Shown piece by piece: positions 53,026 to 64,000 of a DNA stretch of 64,000 bases. Each line of letters starts with the position of its first letter. Within the stretch, counting starts at the first letter, position 1. The notes below the pieces were generated by a model. The model was not told where the DNA came from. It ran no database searches and saw nothing but the letters and a program-made list of their open reading frames with translations. The stretch is taken from the NCBI GenBank assembly GCA_951406725.2, contig OX597814.1:175150001-175214000 (forward strand), given 5' to 3'. Position numbers and translations under genes: made by a program. The stretch comes from Octopus vulgaris (taxonomy: Eukaryota).

Positions 53026-54700
53026 ATCATCATTATTCAATGTCTGTTTTTCATGCTGGCATGGGTCAGATGGTTTGACAGGAGCTGGCAAGGCTGGGAG
53101 TCACAGCATGTACCATTGCCAGCTTTGGCATTGTTTCTACAGCTGGATGTCCTTCCTAATACCAACCACTTTACAGAGTGTATTCGGTGCCTTTCATGTG
53201 GCACAGCACCAGTGTTTCTTAAGTGGCACCATCACTACAGCTTTTTATGTAGCATCAGCACCGACTGGGCATTGAGGGTGATAGCAGGAAGCAAGGTGTT
53301 GATGATGGAGGGCCATACAGGGAGGTAAGAGAAGGCACTCAGAGACAGTAGGTGGAGGTAGAAGTAACTGAAAAAACCAGGGGATGTAGTATGTGCCTAT
53401 TCTGCTTTCAGATAAAGTGATGGGTGTTAGGAGATGAAATGTGGGAGAGGAAGAAGGTTGACAGGTGGTTTTAGGATATCAGTTTTGCTGTGGTGGACAG
53501 GTTTTGACAAGGCACCAGATATCTTGCTCCTTTGTCATCTCCTTTGTAAGGCACAGTGTCTTGAGATTGGCTTTCAGTACTTCAACCCATGTCTTTCTGG
53601 GTCTCCCTTTTCCATGAGTTCTATCCACTTCAAGATTGACGCTTTATGCAGTTGTCCACATCCATACGCATTACATGACTAAACCATTGCATTCTTGTCT
53701 TGCACACTGCATCTAATTCTACTTATGCCTCACTTCCCTCTCAATACTCTAGCACTCTCTTGGACATGTATACTGACATTGCACTTCCAGCAGAGCATAT
53801 CAGCTTCATGCTTCTCTAATCTTTGCATGTCCTCTGTATGCAGAGCCCACATCTCATTACTATGTAGCATTGCTGTTCATACACACACCTCATGCAATCT
53901 TCCTTTCACTCTCAGGAGAGAGAGACCTTTGGTTGCCAACTGAGGTAAAATCTCTCTTGAAATTTTTCCATCCTATTCTTAATCTAGCAATTACACTTTC
54001 AATACATCTTTCATTGCTAATTAGGTTACCTAGGTAGCAAAAATTATCTACTACTAGAGAACCTCTGGAGCATTTGAGGAAATCAGTTTCCCATGTATCT
54101 GGAGACTTTATGGTTCCACATACAAATACTGCTTTCTCTGTTAACCTTCCAACTATTCCACTTCACCTCTTGTGTATCCATAGTTTGCACTGGGTACACT
54201 GAATAGAATTCCTGCCTACACCTTTCGTACATATCAGGCAGGGCCATTTACCTGAAGAGGGTAGTCTTGTCCGATTTCTTGCTTACTAGGACCTTAGTCT
54301 TTGCTAAGTTAACTTTAAGGCCATTTGATTCCAGGTTTTGTTTCCACACCTGGAATTTCTTTTCTAATTCTATTACAGAATCTGGTATGAGAACAAGATC
54401 ATCAGCATATAATAGTTCTCTTGGGCTTCCAGTTTTAAAATTCCTGTTATGGTCTGAAGGTTGATGAATAAGGGGGGTGTTGAGGATTGTGCCTTGGTGA
54501 ACACTTACCTGTGCATTAAATTCATCAATATACTCATGGCAAATTCTTACCTTACTAACATCACCCCTGTGCATGGCCTGTTCTGCTTTCACAAGCCTTT
54601 CATTTTCCTCTTCTTCAGAGACCACCATGTCAATGGCTTTCCTCAGATCAACAAATGCCATGTACAATGGCTTATTCTTAGCTAAATACTTTTTGTAAAT
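53026..54700 (-). mobile_element. RTE LINE 3' ~1.7 kb (RT with Cys/His insert, 3' UTR, GAT tail)
   Basis: YMAFVDLRKA, VHQGTIL, ELLYADDLVL, GLKVNLAKTKVL, WPCLICTKGVGRNSIQCTQCKLWIHKR, FCYLG. Confidence 0.9.
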
Positions 54701-55208
54701 GTAAAAGTATTTTGTTTGAAGGAAAAGAAGAAACATTCTAAAAATCATTATGAACAATGCATCTTAAATAATCTAGTATTTCATGATTTTGAAATTCATG
54801 ATATGTTGAACTTTCATCACTGCACTTTCCACAACACTATTTTTGTGTTGCAGAAAAATCTGCACTAGTGACATATTGTTTCTTTTTCAAGATTTCTAAG
54901 AATTTCCAATTCATAGGATGAAATTTTCTTTGTCTTTGAATTCTTCTCATTTTTAATGAAATACCATGTATTCACTTTGTGAATAAAAAGCACAATGAAT
55001 TTACTTATGTATTGTCTTATCTGACAGTGATGGATGTATCTACAGCAAACTTTATATTAGAGCATGATATTGAAACTAATAGAAGTTATCCGTACTGGAG
55101 ATTTTCTATCATTTAGTTTGTTGCTTCTCTAGTTTTTAGTTCACATGCTGTCTTGTCATTGGCCATACTCAATTGAAAAAATAAAATGAGCTAAAAGAAA
55201 TGATTTAA

Positions 55209-55428
55209 CTCTTTAGTGTTTAAACCGGCCATACCCGGCCAAAATATTCTACCTATTTTATGTTCAAACTAGTCAGATATGGTCATTCATAGCTACCTTA
55301 TTGTGTCATTTTAAAAATAAACAATCACATCATTGAAATCTCAAAGCTATGAAATGATGCAAGATTAATTTTACATGGTGTGAATACATAAGCTTTACAT
55401 TTGACAGAATAATCTGAATGCTAAAGGG
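55209..55428. mobile_element. piggyBac-type MITE
   Basis: TTAA at 55205-08 and 55429-32; family TIRs. Confidence 0.88.
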
Positions 55429-55666
55429 TTAAATAACTGATTGACCTGATCCTGGATAAGTTAAGGGTTGATGTAATGAATGCCAAGCTGAAGAGATTTT
55501 TAATTTAAATTTTGTTTTTAGTTGGTGAAAGAAAAAGGTGAACAAAAAAAATCTAACACCAATTATTAAGGACTTTTAAAAGGGAAGCCAGTTTCAAAAA
55601 ATTGAGAATTTCTCTCTCATTTAATGCCAAGTTTGAATACTAATGGAAAAGTCTGATTTTTGTATG

Positions 55667-55989
55667 CAGTGAGGATAGTAGCTGACAGCTATTTATACTA
55701 TACATAAATTCAGAAGTAAATTGACTTGATCTAATTTGCATAACAGCACAATCATTAGCAATGAGTATTAATTAATAGGAGCACAATATGGTGTTGGGGT
55801 AAATAGAGATGTGTGATAGACTTACACTGTATTATAATTGTGCTCCTATAATTGATACACTGCCAATGATTGCACTATTATGTGAAAGAACTAAACTGGT
55901 CTGCCCAAATTTGTAAATTATGGCAGACTAATTTAAGTTTATTCCAGTTTGTGTGTATCATAACTAGCTAGAAGCTACTATTCTCCCTG
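55667..55989. mobile_element. Old fold-back MITE with long imperfect TIRs
   Basis: Ends cagtgaggatagtagct / agctactattctccctg-TA. Inner arms caatcattagca..ataggagcacaat / attgtgctcctat..tgccaatgattg. Confidence 0.7.
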
Positions 55990-56967
55990 TAGTTAGGAAA
56001 ATGATTAACAGACCTGATGATATAGTAAAACACACTGAAACCTGTCAGAGAAAAATGGTTTATTAAAGCATATTATCACAAGTTTATCTTAAATCCCTAT
56101 TAAAGTAACATTACCCTTAGAGAAAGTAGTCTTGTACATGAAGTAATCAATATGTTGAATTAATTTCTTAGTTTTGTGAATTAAGTTGAATTTGCTTTGA
56201 TATGCTTATCTGCATAGGCAAGAGCTCAATCTCTTGGGTCATTCGCAAAGTATAAGTTTTCTTGTTTTATGAGCAATTTTCATAGTTCATAGAGTGTAAC
56301 TTGTTTCTTAAGTGAAATTATGTAGTTTTCTATGTTAATATGAAATAATATATATTGACGTGATATGCTCTAACAAAAATATTTTATAAAATAGTATAGT
56401 ATAGGAAGGACAACACCTGAGACAAGTCCTCTACCATAGCCTTGAGTAAACCAAAGTTTTGCAAGTGAATTTATCTAGACAGAAACTATGTAGAAGACTG
56501 TCTGATGAATAATATTTGTTCTTAATCCTACAATCATTTTAATACTATCACCTGACCCTTGAGTGTCCACTAATAGTAAGATCCATGTGCACTAACAGTG
56601 AGAAGCGAGCTAATTTTTTTCTTGTATTCATTGCATATCCTTCATATTCAATACCCTTGTTTTACTACTATGCTGTATCTTATATTGTACATGAGCATCA
56701 TGAAATCTGCTCTTTAATCGAAGAGGAAAGTCATTTGTTGCTAACAGAAATAATATTTCTCTGTCCTTACTCTGTGCAGCATCCACCTCCACTGTTGAGA
56801 TAAAAAGCTGTCAACTATTTCTAGTGAGCCTTCTGGGCAGTTGAAAGAATTCATGGGTGCTGTTACTACTAATTACTTCTATGTATTTGCCCTATATGAA
56901 GTCTGTTTCTGCCAGCCTGCCTGTGATCCTACTGCATCTTTTATTCATCTTTAAATTACATTTGCTA

Positions 56968-57350
56968 CATCATCATCGTTTAGCGTCCGTTTTCCATGCT
57001 AGCATGGGTTGGACGGTTCTACTGGGGTCTGTGAAGCCAGAAGGCTTCATCAGGCCCAGTCAAATCTGGCAGTGTTTCTACGGCTGGATGCCCTTCCTAA
57101 CGCCAACCACTCCGAGAGTGTAGTGGGTGCTTTTTACGTGCCACCCGCACAGGTGCCAGACAGAGCTGGCAAACGGCCACAAACGGATGGTGCTTTTTAT
57201 GTGCCACTGGCACGAGGGCCAGGCGAGGCTGGCAACGGACACGAAACGGGGCGGTGCTGGCAACGGTTGCGAAACGGAAGGTTCTCTTACATGCCACCGG
57301 CACTGGTAACACATCTGCAATTTCCATTGATCGATTTCAATTCTGATTGC
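56968..57350 (-). mobile_element. Young CpG-rich RTE 3'-UTR copy with tandem structured modules
   Basis: catcatcatcgtttagcgtccg...ggatgcccttcctaacgccaacc...; three gtgcc-ggt-ggcac modules. Confidence 0.85.
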
Positions 57351-58080
57351 TACACAGTATAGAATTCCTACTGGTTCCTTTTCTGTGCATTGAGCATATC
57401 CAATCTCTGTATTCTTTCTTGCTTACTGAAACTTTTGTCTTTGCTAGGTTTACTTTTAGGTTTTTTAATTTTAGTTCTATGGTTCAATCTTTTTGTCTAA
57501 TTCTTCAACTGATTCAACAAGATGAACTAAATTGTCAGCACACAGGAAATCCCATGGACAATTGGTCTTGAACTTTTAAAATTCCTCTGTTATGGTCTGG
57601 AGGTTGATGAATAAGGGAGTGCTGAGGACTGTGCCTTGGTGAACACTTACATGTGCATTAAATTTATCAATATACTCATGGCAAACTCTTACCTTACTAA
57701 CAACACCCCTGTGCATGGCCTGGAGTAAGCTCAGAACTGTACTCTGATGGACATTTATCTGCACACTAAATGCCTCATTGAACTTGTAACTCTCACCTTG
57801 CTAACAACACTCTAATATGTGGCTTACTCCCAGAAGTCATTCATCTGCATTCAATTTTTTATATCAAATCTCTCTCTCTCTCTCTCTCTGAAAGGCTTCA
57901 CTGGGTTAAAGAGTGCTAGGTATAGTAGCTTGCTTTTGGCTATGAAATTCTCTTATAACTGCCTTTATATGAAAAGGGCATCAATGGTTTTCCATCCTGG
58001 CATAAACCCAAACTGTATCTCACCTAAGCAAGTTATCCTAATTATTTGTGCAAATTAGTTGCTCCTTTCTGGAGCATACT
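57350..58080 (-). pseudogene. Older RTE RT fragment containing a patch closely matching 54433-54580
   Basis: LGEIQFGFMPG..TIDALFI*RQL*EXFIAKSK; VVSKVRV occurs twice; KVNLAKTKV. Confidence 0.75.
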
Positions 58081-60027
58081 TTTGTAACAATTAATGCTAC
58101 TGCTGTGTTGCCAGACAATTTTAATAGTTGTTTCTTTGTTGGGTTATTTACACTGACCTATTGCTTCATAGTCTTGGACACTTCTCATTTTTGATTCTTA
58201 CAATGCAGAAGGGTATACTTGTCATCTCGCTACCTGGTATTGTTCTTTGATAAACACTATTACATCTCACAACTTCTCCAACCTTAAAGACCATAGAATA
58301 AACCAATTTCTTATGTAGTAGAAAGGGCTGGAGCTCTTTCTGTAATAGTATTTATGGTTATGATGAGGTTACAAAGAATGAAGGCGTATCAAGTTTCTTG
58401 GAATTCGGTGACAGATTCAGAGTATGGCTCCATTTTCTTCCTTATCTAATAAATGTTGCCTAGTATTGTATTCATTTGCATTTACACACAAGAGAGATTT
58501 TTCAGCTCTATACCTTCCTTTTTTTTTCTATTTTATTTTTGAGATTCTTTAGCACTTATCCTGAAGTCACTAATCATAAGTCAGTACTGAAGGGTACATT
58601 CTTTATGTTTAGTGTTCATAATCTGTTGTTTATCTGACTTGCATATTCACCGGAGTGGTTGGTGATCAAGTGGTTGTCCATTTAAAAAAAAATAAAAATT
58701 GCTACAGATGGTTAGGCCATACTGTATTGCACAATTCAAGGAAACTTGACTTCCCTCTATTCTTTGCATCTTGTCTATAGTTATAAACAAACATATTAAA
58801 GAAACTGCTGAGTTTCACTCTGTTGAGTGAAAAAGAAACAGGTTGATTTCTATTGTCTTTGAAGTTGTGAAAGCTTGGAAATGTGATACAGCATGTGATC
58901 AACAGTTAGGAATGCTGCTGAAGTTAAGCAGAAATGGATGTGTGTGTGTGATGAGTGTATTCTGGGTTGGCAGGAAAAACAATTTGGAAGTTCATAAAAT
59001 TTATGTGTAGAATGTGAAAAAGATTTAAATGGTACTTTTACCTCTTTCAAAGATAATGAGTGCTCCAGTTGGTGTTCATTAATGAGGTATTTGTATTTTA
59101 ACTTTTTTTTCATACTTCAGAGTCTTTATATCATGGACTATAAAATTGCTTTTGTCATATGAAGCAATTTTATTTATATAAATTTGATGTAGAAACTAGT
59201 TGAAAAATCCTGAATATGTTCAACGAAAGGCATATCTAAATGGCATGGTTGTGGCTACATTGTTATTGAAATACTCTGGACATCTTAATTTGAAGTTTTG
59301 AGGTTAATGTGCTACATTATCAAGTAAAATGTTCATGAACTTAAGTATAATTACAGCATTTTCTTGTGCTTAAGTCTTCAGAGTTGGTCGTTTCATGGAA
59401 GGAAAATTTTTCTCTGTAGGATAAAAAAAAAATCAGTCCTGAACTATTGCTATGGATTAATGATTCTGAATTATACTACTCAATTGTTTACTGCTCATAC
59501 ATATATGAGGTGTACATATATACACATTACACCCAAGGAGAAACTACTTGATAAGCAAGTTCCCATTTGTCTCTCAAAATGACCCACATTTGAACAGTGT
59601 TCCTATTTTACTCCTCAAATTGGTCTGTATGACTGGATCTCTTCCTATCACCAAGTACTTCATAGAGTGTACTGGGTGCATTTTCTTGTGACACCAACAC
59701 TAGAGAAGTTAAGTCCTCATTGTGACAGAACTAAAAGGCTTCACAGTCCTTAACTTTCTCTTCTCATTTATGTACTGGGTACATATTTCATGGTGTCAGC
59801 ATTACAGAGGTTGTCTTATTCAAAAGGAAGCACAATAGTGGTGGGTGTCTTAATGTGATTGCACCAGCACAAGAGGAGTATGCCTTGTACACAATAAATG
59901 TGAAATCTGCTGGGGAGTGGTTGGAAAAAGCAGAGATGGATAAAGTAAGAGTTAGCAGTGGGTGGCTAACTATCCAAATTAGAGCTACGTATGCATTTCT
60001 TGCAAACTTGTACACTTCCATTTAAAC

Positions 60028-60380
60028 CAGGAGTTCTCAAACTAGGGTGCATAAATCCCTAGAGGTATACAAAAGAAATTACATAGGTGTATGAGATTTG
60101 TTAAAACTGAAATTTTCAAGGAATCTCCTACAACTATATTTCATTGTTGCAACCTCAGGTTTAGTAAATAGTATCATGAAGAATACATTGACAAATGTGT
60201 TGTTTGAAGGTCTTGACTTCCAGATATATTTAATAGCAAATAATACATTGTTTTATGGTATCTATAAAATCATAGCTACTATTGTTGGTTTTATAGCATC
60301 CAGCTTTTTAACTTATTCTTCACAAAGGGTACTCCATTACTGCCAGGTGTGATGAATGGAGAAAAGTTTAAGAACCTCTG
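60028..60380. mobile_element. hAT (Charlie-like) MITE
   Basis: TIRs caggagttctcaaact / agtttaagaacctctg; 8-bp TSD atttaaac / atttaaat. Confidence 0.8.
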
Positions 60381-61170
60381 ATTTAAATGAAACCTCTTGA
60401 CATTTTAAATTATTTTTCTAAACTTTTTATTGTAAAGAATAATTCAGAATACCACTATAATCCATTATTTAACTGTACAATTTTTCTCTCATCTATCTTG
60501 CTTGAAAGATTAGCCTTAGGGATAAAAGATGATAATCTGGAAATTTTCAGAGTTTGGTTTTTTTCTTAATAAAATCATGCATATCTTTGTAAAACATATT
60601 TTACTCCTAAAGTTACAGTTAGTAACTGATATTGCAATGTTTGGATTAAATAACCTATATAAATACTACATTTTAATATGCCAAATTTATGAAAGACTTG
60701 TTTGGCTCTTTTTTTTTTTTTTTTTAAATATCCAAGAATGTCTGTTTCCCATGCTGGCATGGTCAGGACAGTTTAACAGCATCTGATGAATCTGGGAGTA
60801 GTGTGGAATTCCTGTCTACTCTGCCACGCTTTTCTATGGCTGAATGCTGTTCCTAATGCCAACCACTTTACTGTGTACTGAATACTTTTTCATGGCACCA
60901 GCTTTAGTGAGGTAACCCTAACCACTTTAGTATTACTACAGTGCAGAACTAGAGGATGATTATGTTGGCAGGGGATGTCAATAAACATCAGTTTTTAGCT
61001 CATCACTTTTCATGTAAAGCAAGATATATAAACATTTACACATATGACTGGCTTCCTTACAGTTTCTGTTTATCAGTTTCACTTGTAAGGCATCAACTGA
61101 CTTGGGGCTTTGTGTATACATGTATTCATATAAATGTGAAACCATATGCACATGTAGTAAATCAAGTTTT

Positions 61171-61313
61171 AGTTACTCATTTTAAAATTTCTCTGTATTT
61201 TGGAAGCCATTTTTCTTAGATAGGAATGCTTTTCATTTTTGAACTTTGGTAGTTTCTCATTTTAAAATTTCTCTGTATTTTCGAAGCCTTTTTACTTTTG
61301 ATTTTTGAACTTG
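61171..61313. repeat. ~80-bp tandem duplication
   Basis: agtt.ctcattttaaaatttctctgtatttt.gaagcc at 61171 and 61251. Confidence 0.85.
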
Positions 61314-61498
61314 GATATATTTTCATTTAAATCTTTTGAATTGCTTCACTAAAATGTTCCATTACAGTCAGTACTTTTTTTTGCTTGGTATACAAATTAT
61401 TAAAAAAATATCTTTTAATGTATATATATATATATATTCCATCTCTTTGTTTTGAATTTAATGAGTACAATTTGATAATTGTTCTTATTGTTATTTAG

Positions 61499-61635
61499 TT
61501 CCTAGAAATTTCCGGCTACTTGAGGAATATGAAGAAGGCCAGTCAGGTGTAGGTGAGGGAATAAGCTGGGGATTGGAATCAGATGATGATCTTTTATTTG
61601 TCCATTGGAACGGGACCATTGTAGGTCCAGCTAAG
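61499..61635 (+). CDS. UBE2V2: Ubiquitin-conjugating enzyme E2 variant, coding exon 2; the gene continues beyond the window
   Basis: Acceptor ttatttAG and donor GTgagc. Reads (V)[45 protein letters not shown], the UEV/Mms2 N-terminal signature [15 protein letters not shown]...SWGL. Confidence 0.95.
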
Positions 61636-61779
61636 GTGAGCTAATATGTTCATTTCTGTATTAATAATTGATTACTTGTTTTTAGAGTAATTTAAAATCT
61701 TTTTTCTAATATGTAATATTTTTATTTGGAAAAATTAATCAATGTGATTTCACATACACACACGTTATTATTTTTATAA

Positions 61780-61940
61780 AGGCAACAAGCTGGCAGAATT
61801 GTTAGTGTGCCAGGCAAAATGCTTAGTGGCATTTCATTTGTCTTTATGTTCTGAGTTCAAATTCCACTGGGGTCGATGTAATCAACTATCCCCCTCCCCA
61901 AAATTTCAGGCCTTGTAGAGAGGATTGTTATTATTATTAT
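61780..61940 (+). mobile_element. SINE family B with an internal deletion
   Basis: The head joins directly to cactggggtcgatgtaatc; the core is missing. Confidence 0.75.
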
Positions 61941-62547
61941 TTCTTTCATTATTTTCTTTGGATAAATTACTGAAATCTTACCATTTAAAGTCAGAAAATG
62001 GGTTCTTGTTTTTAGATAAATGAAAATTATTAAGAAATCTGTCTTCGTATTATTCATTAGAAAGTCTAATATAACTCTACATTGAAAGCCTTTGTGGTTA
62101 ATTCATGCATAATCCTTCAAAATTTAAGGTAAAATGGAAAAAAAAAAATACAGGAGCAATAACTTTTGCATATTTTTAAGAAGTTTTCTCTCTCTAAATG
62201 TCTCCATTATGAGAGCTCTCTCTTGCATTGCAAGCTGCAAGGTAAACCCACTAGTGATGATGCCACAAATAGCACTCAGTAGGCATATGTTATGTTTTTA
62301 TGCATGTTTTTCCATGATTGTATGGACTAGGTGAATATATTATTATGGAATTGTTTTCCTGTTGCCAACACCTTTATCTCTTTTTCAAGTAATAAATTTT
62401 ATTTTTCACACTTTCGAAAGTACAAAGCAAGGTAATTTGATAGTTACAACACCACCACCACTTGTAGCTTGTGACTTGTATAGAATGCAAATGTAAACAA
62501 CATGGATAGGGGAAACACACATGTTATGTATATGTGTGTGTCAAATT

Positions 62548-63001
62548 TCTCTTTTACTTGTTTCAGTCACTTGACCGTGACCATCCTGGAGCACCACCTT
62601 TAGTCGAGCAAATCGACCCCAGGACTTATTCCTTGTAAGCCTAGTACTTATTCTATCAGTCTCTTTTGCCAGACTGCTAAATTACGGGGATGTAAACACA
62701 CCAGCATCGGTTGTCAAGCAATGTTGGGGGGATACAGATACTCAAACATATACACACACGTACATATATATACATGCATAAATATATACGACGGGCTTCT
62801 TTCAGTTTCCGTCTACCAAATACACTCACAAGGCTTTGGTCGGCTCGAGGCTATAGTAGAAGACACTTGCCCAAGATGCTGTGCACTAGGACTTGAAACA
62901 AGACTTGTTTCAAGTCCTAGTGCACAGCATCTTGGGCAAGTGTCTTCTACTATAGCCTCGGGCCAACCAAAGCCTTGTGAGTGGATTTGGTAGACGGAAA
63001 C
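62548..63001. mobile_element. SINE A (minus) ending in a 98-bp-arm fold-back palindrome centred at 62903
   Basis: 62805-62902 is the reverse complement of 62904-63001 with 3 mismatches. Confidence 0.93.
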
Positions 63002-64000
63002 ACTAATCTACCTTCATGAACTTTACAATTTTTGCATTATATGTGTGAGACACATCAGGACTCGGTTTCATATCTAGGGGTCTAGGATTTTGAAATATCA
63101 AAAACACCTATGAATTGTTTTCTTATGAAGTTTTTAGTATTGCATTCTGCATTTGAAGATCTGATAAGAAACGTAACTCATTACATATCGATTTTTTCAT
63201 TGTTTGAAGTAAGTTATTTCCCTTAGGTTGATTAAAATATATTTCAAGTTAGACTTACAAAGTATGGCAAGGTTAAGGGAGGTGTTTCTGTAACTGCGAT
63301 GTAGTAAAAAGTAAGAAATATAATGAACTACAAGATAAATGAATTGCTGGCAAGGATTGACACTATAAGACTATAGGTAAAGTAAATGAGATAACAATAT
63401 GTGGGTATAATTGAAGAAAATTTGAACAAAGATTTGTCAACTATACTTTTTCCTTCAGAAATTTAGCAAAGAGAAATGCAAGCAAACTATCCTATTACAT
63501 CTGTTGTTTGAATGGAGTAGCGTTCTACTCCATTCTTCAAGAGCTGCAGACAAAACAAATAGTACAAAAAGCTGTGTGTTATGCACTGCTTAAAAGAGCC
63601 TCAGGATATGTGGATTTAAGATTCTTGAATATCTGTCAGCTCAGAGATCATCACCAAATGTTGCCACTTTAGTAAATATTTTATCACAAGGCTTTGGTTG
63701 GCCCAGCATTATAGTAAAAGATACTTGCTCAAGGTTCTGTGCAGTAGGACTGAACTTGAAATATCTACACTATCGTATATACAATACTGAAAAGAATTGG
63801 AATTTTGCATATTGATGGAGGATAAGGGACTATGAAATTCTGTTTTCTGCTTATCAAATATTGTGAAGAGGTATTACTACATTTATAGTTATTGTTATCT
63901 GAGTTCCAGTATATGTGCAATAAGGCTTGTTTATGTAATTTTATATCCGCAGCTGGTGAACAGTGCTTATTGGACCTCCAGGAGATCAAACACCAGTACT

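Noticed and set aside
57030-57062. Minus-strand CTGATGA-agcc-ttct-ggct hammerhead-like start
   Set aside because: No GAAA follows, and sister copies read ctggtgcag here, so it is a chance mutation.
1-64000. CRISPR array or prokaryotic operon/defence system
   Set aside because: No regularly spaced repeat-spacer array; the sequence is intron-containing eukaryotic DNA.

Overview
This is AT-rich, microsatellite- and repeat-dense animal genomic DNA. The SINE, MITE and RTE complement suggests an octopod cephalopod (Octopus); that assignment is inference. Two host genes are visible, both on the + strand. (1) The last two coding exons of TRAPPC8 lie at 83-172 and 4284-4623. (2) The first two coding exons of a ubiquitin-conjugating E2 variant (UBE2V1/2, Uev1A/Mms2 family) lie at 40008-40032 and 61499-61635, split by a ~21.5 kb intron and preceded by a CpG-enriched promoter region. 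The rest is mostly transposon-derived: a fairly young 5'-truncated CR1-group LINE, several RTE fragments, two mariners, a DD37D/maT remnant, a fossil piggyBac transposase with four piggyBac-type MITEs, Penelope-like fossils, and at least three modular tRNA-derived SINE groups. The most notable observations are: a non-coding, (TA)n-embedded element carrying a type I hammerhead ribozyme motif and a 62-bp-arm palindrome (13976-14580); a 98-bp-arm SINE fold-back hairpin in UBE2V intron 2; a 3' tail shared by the LINE and the dominant SINE; and head/core/tail shuffling among SINEs. Most entries in the supplied ORF track are microsatellite or transposon artefacts. All family assignments are by eye from recalled motifs; no database search was run.
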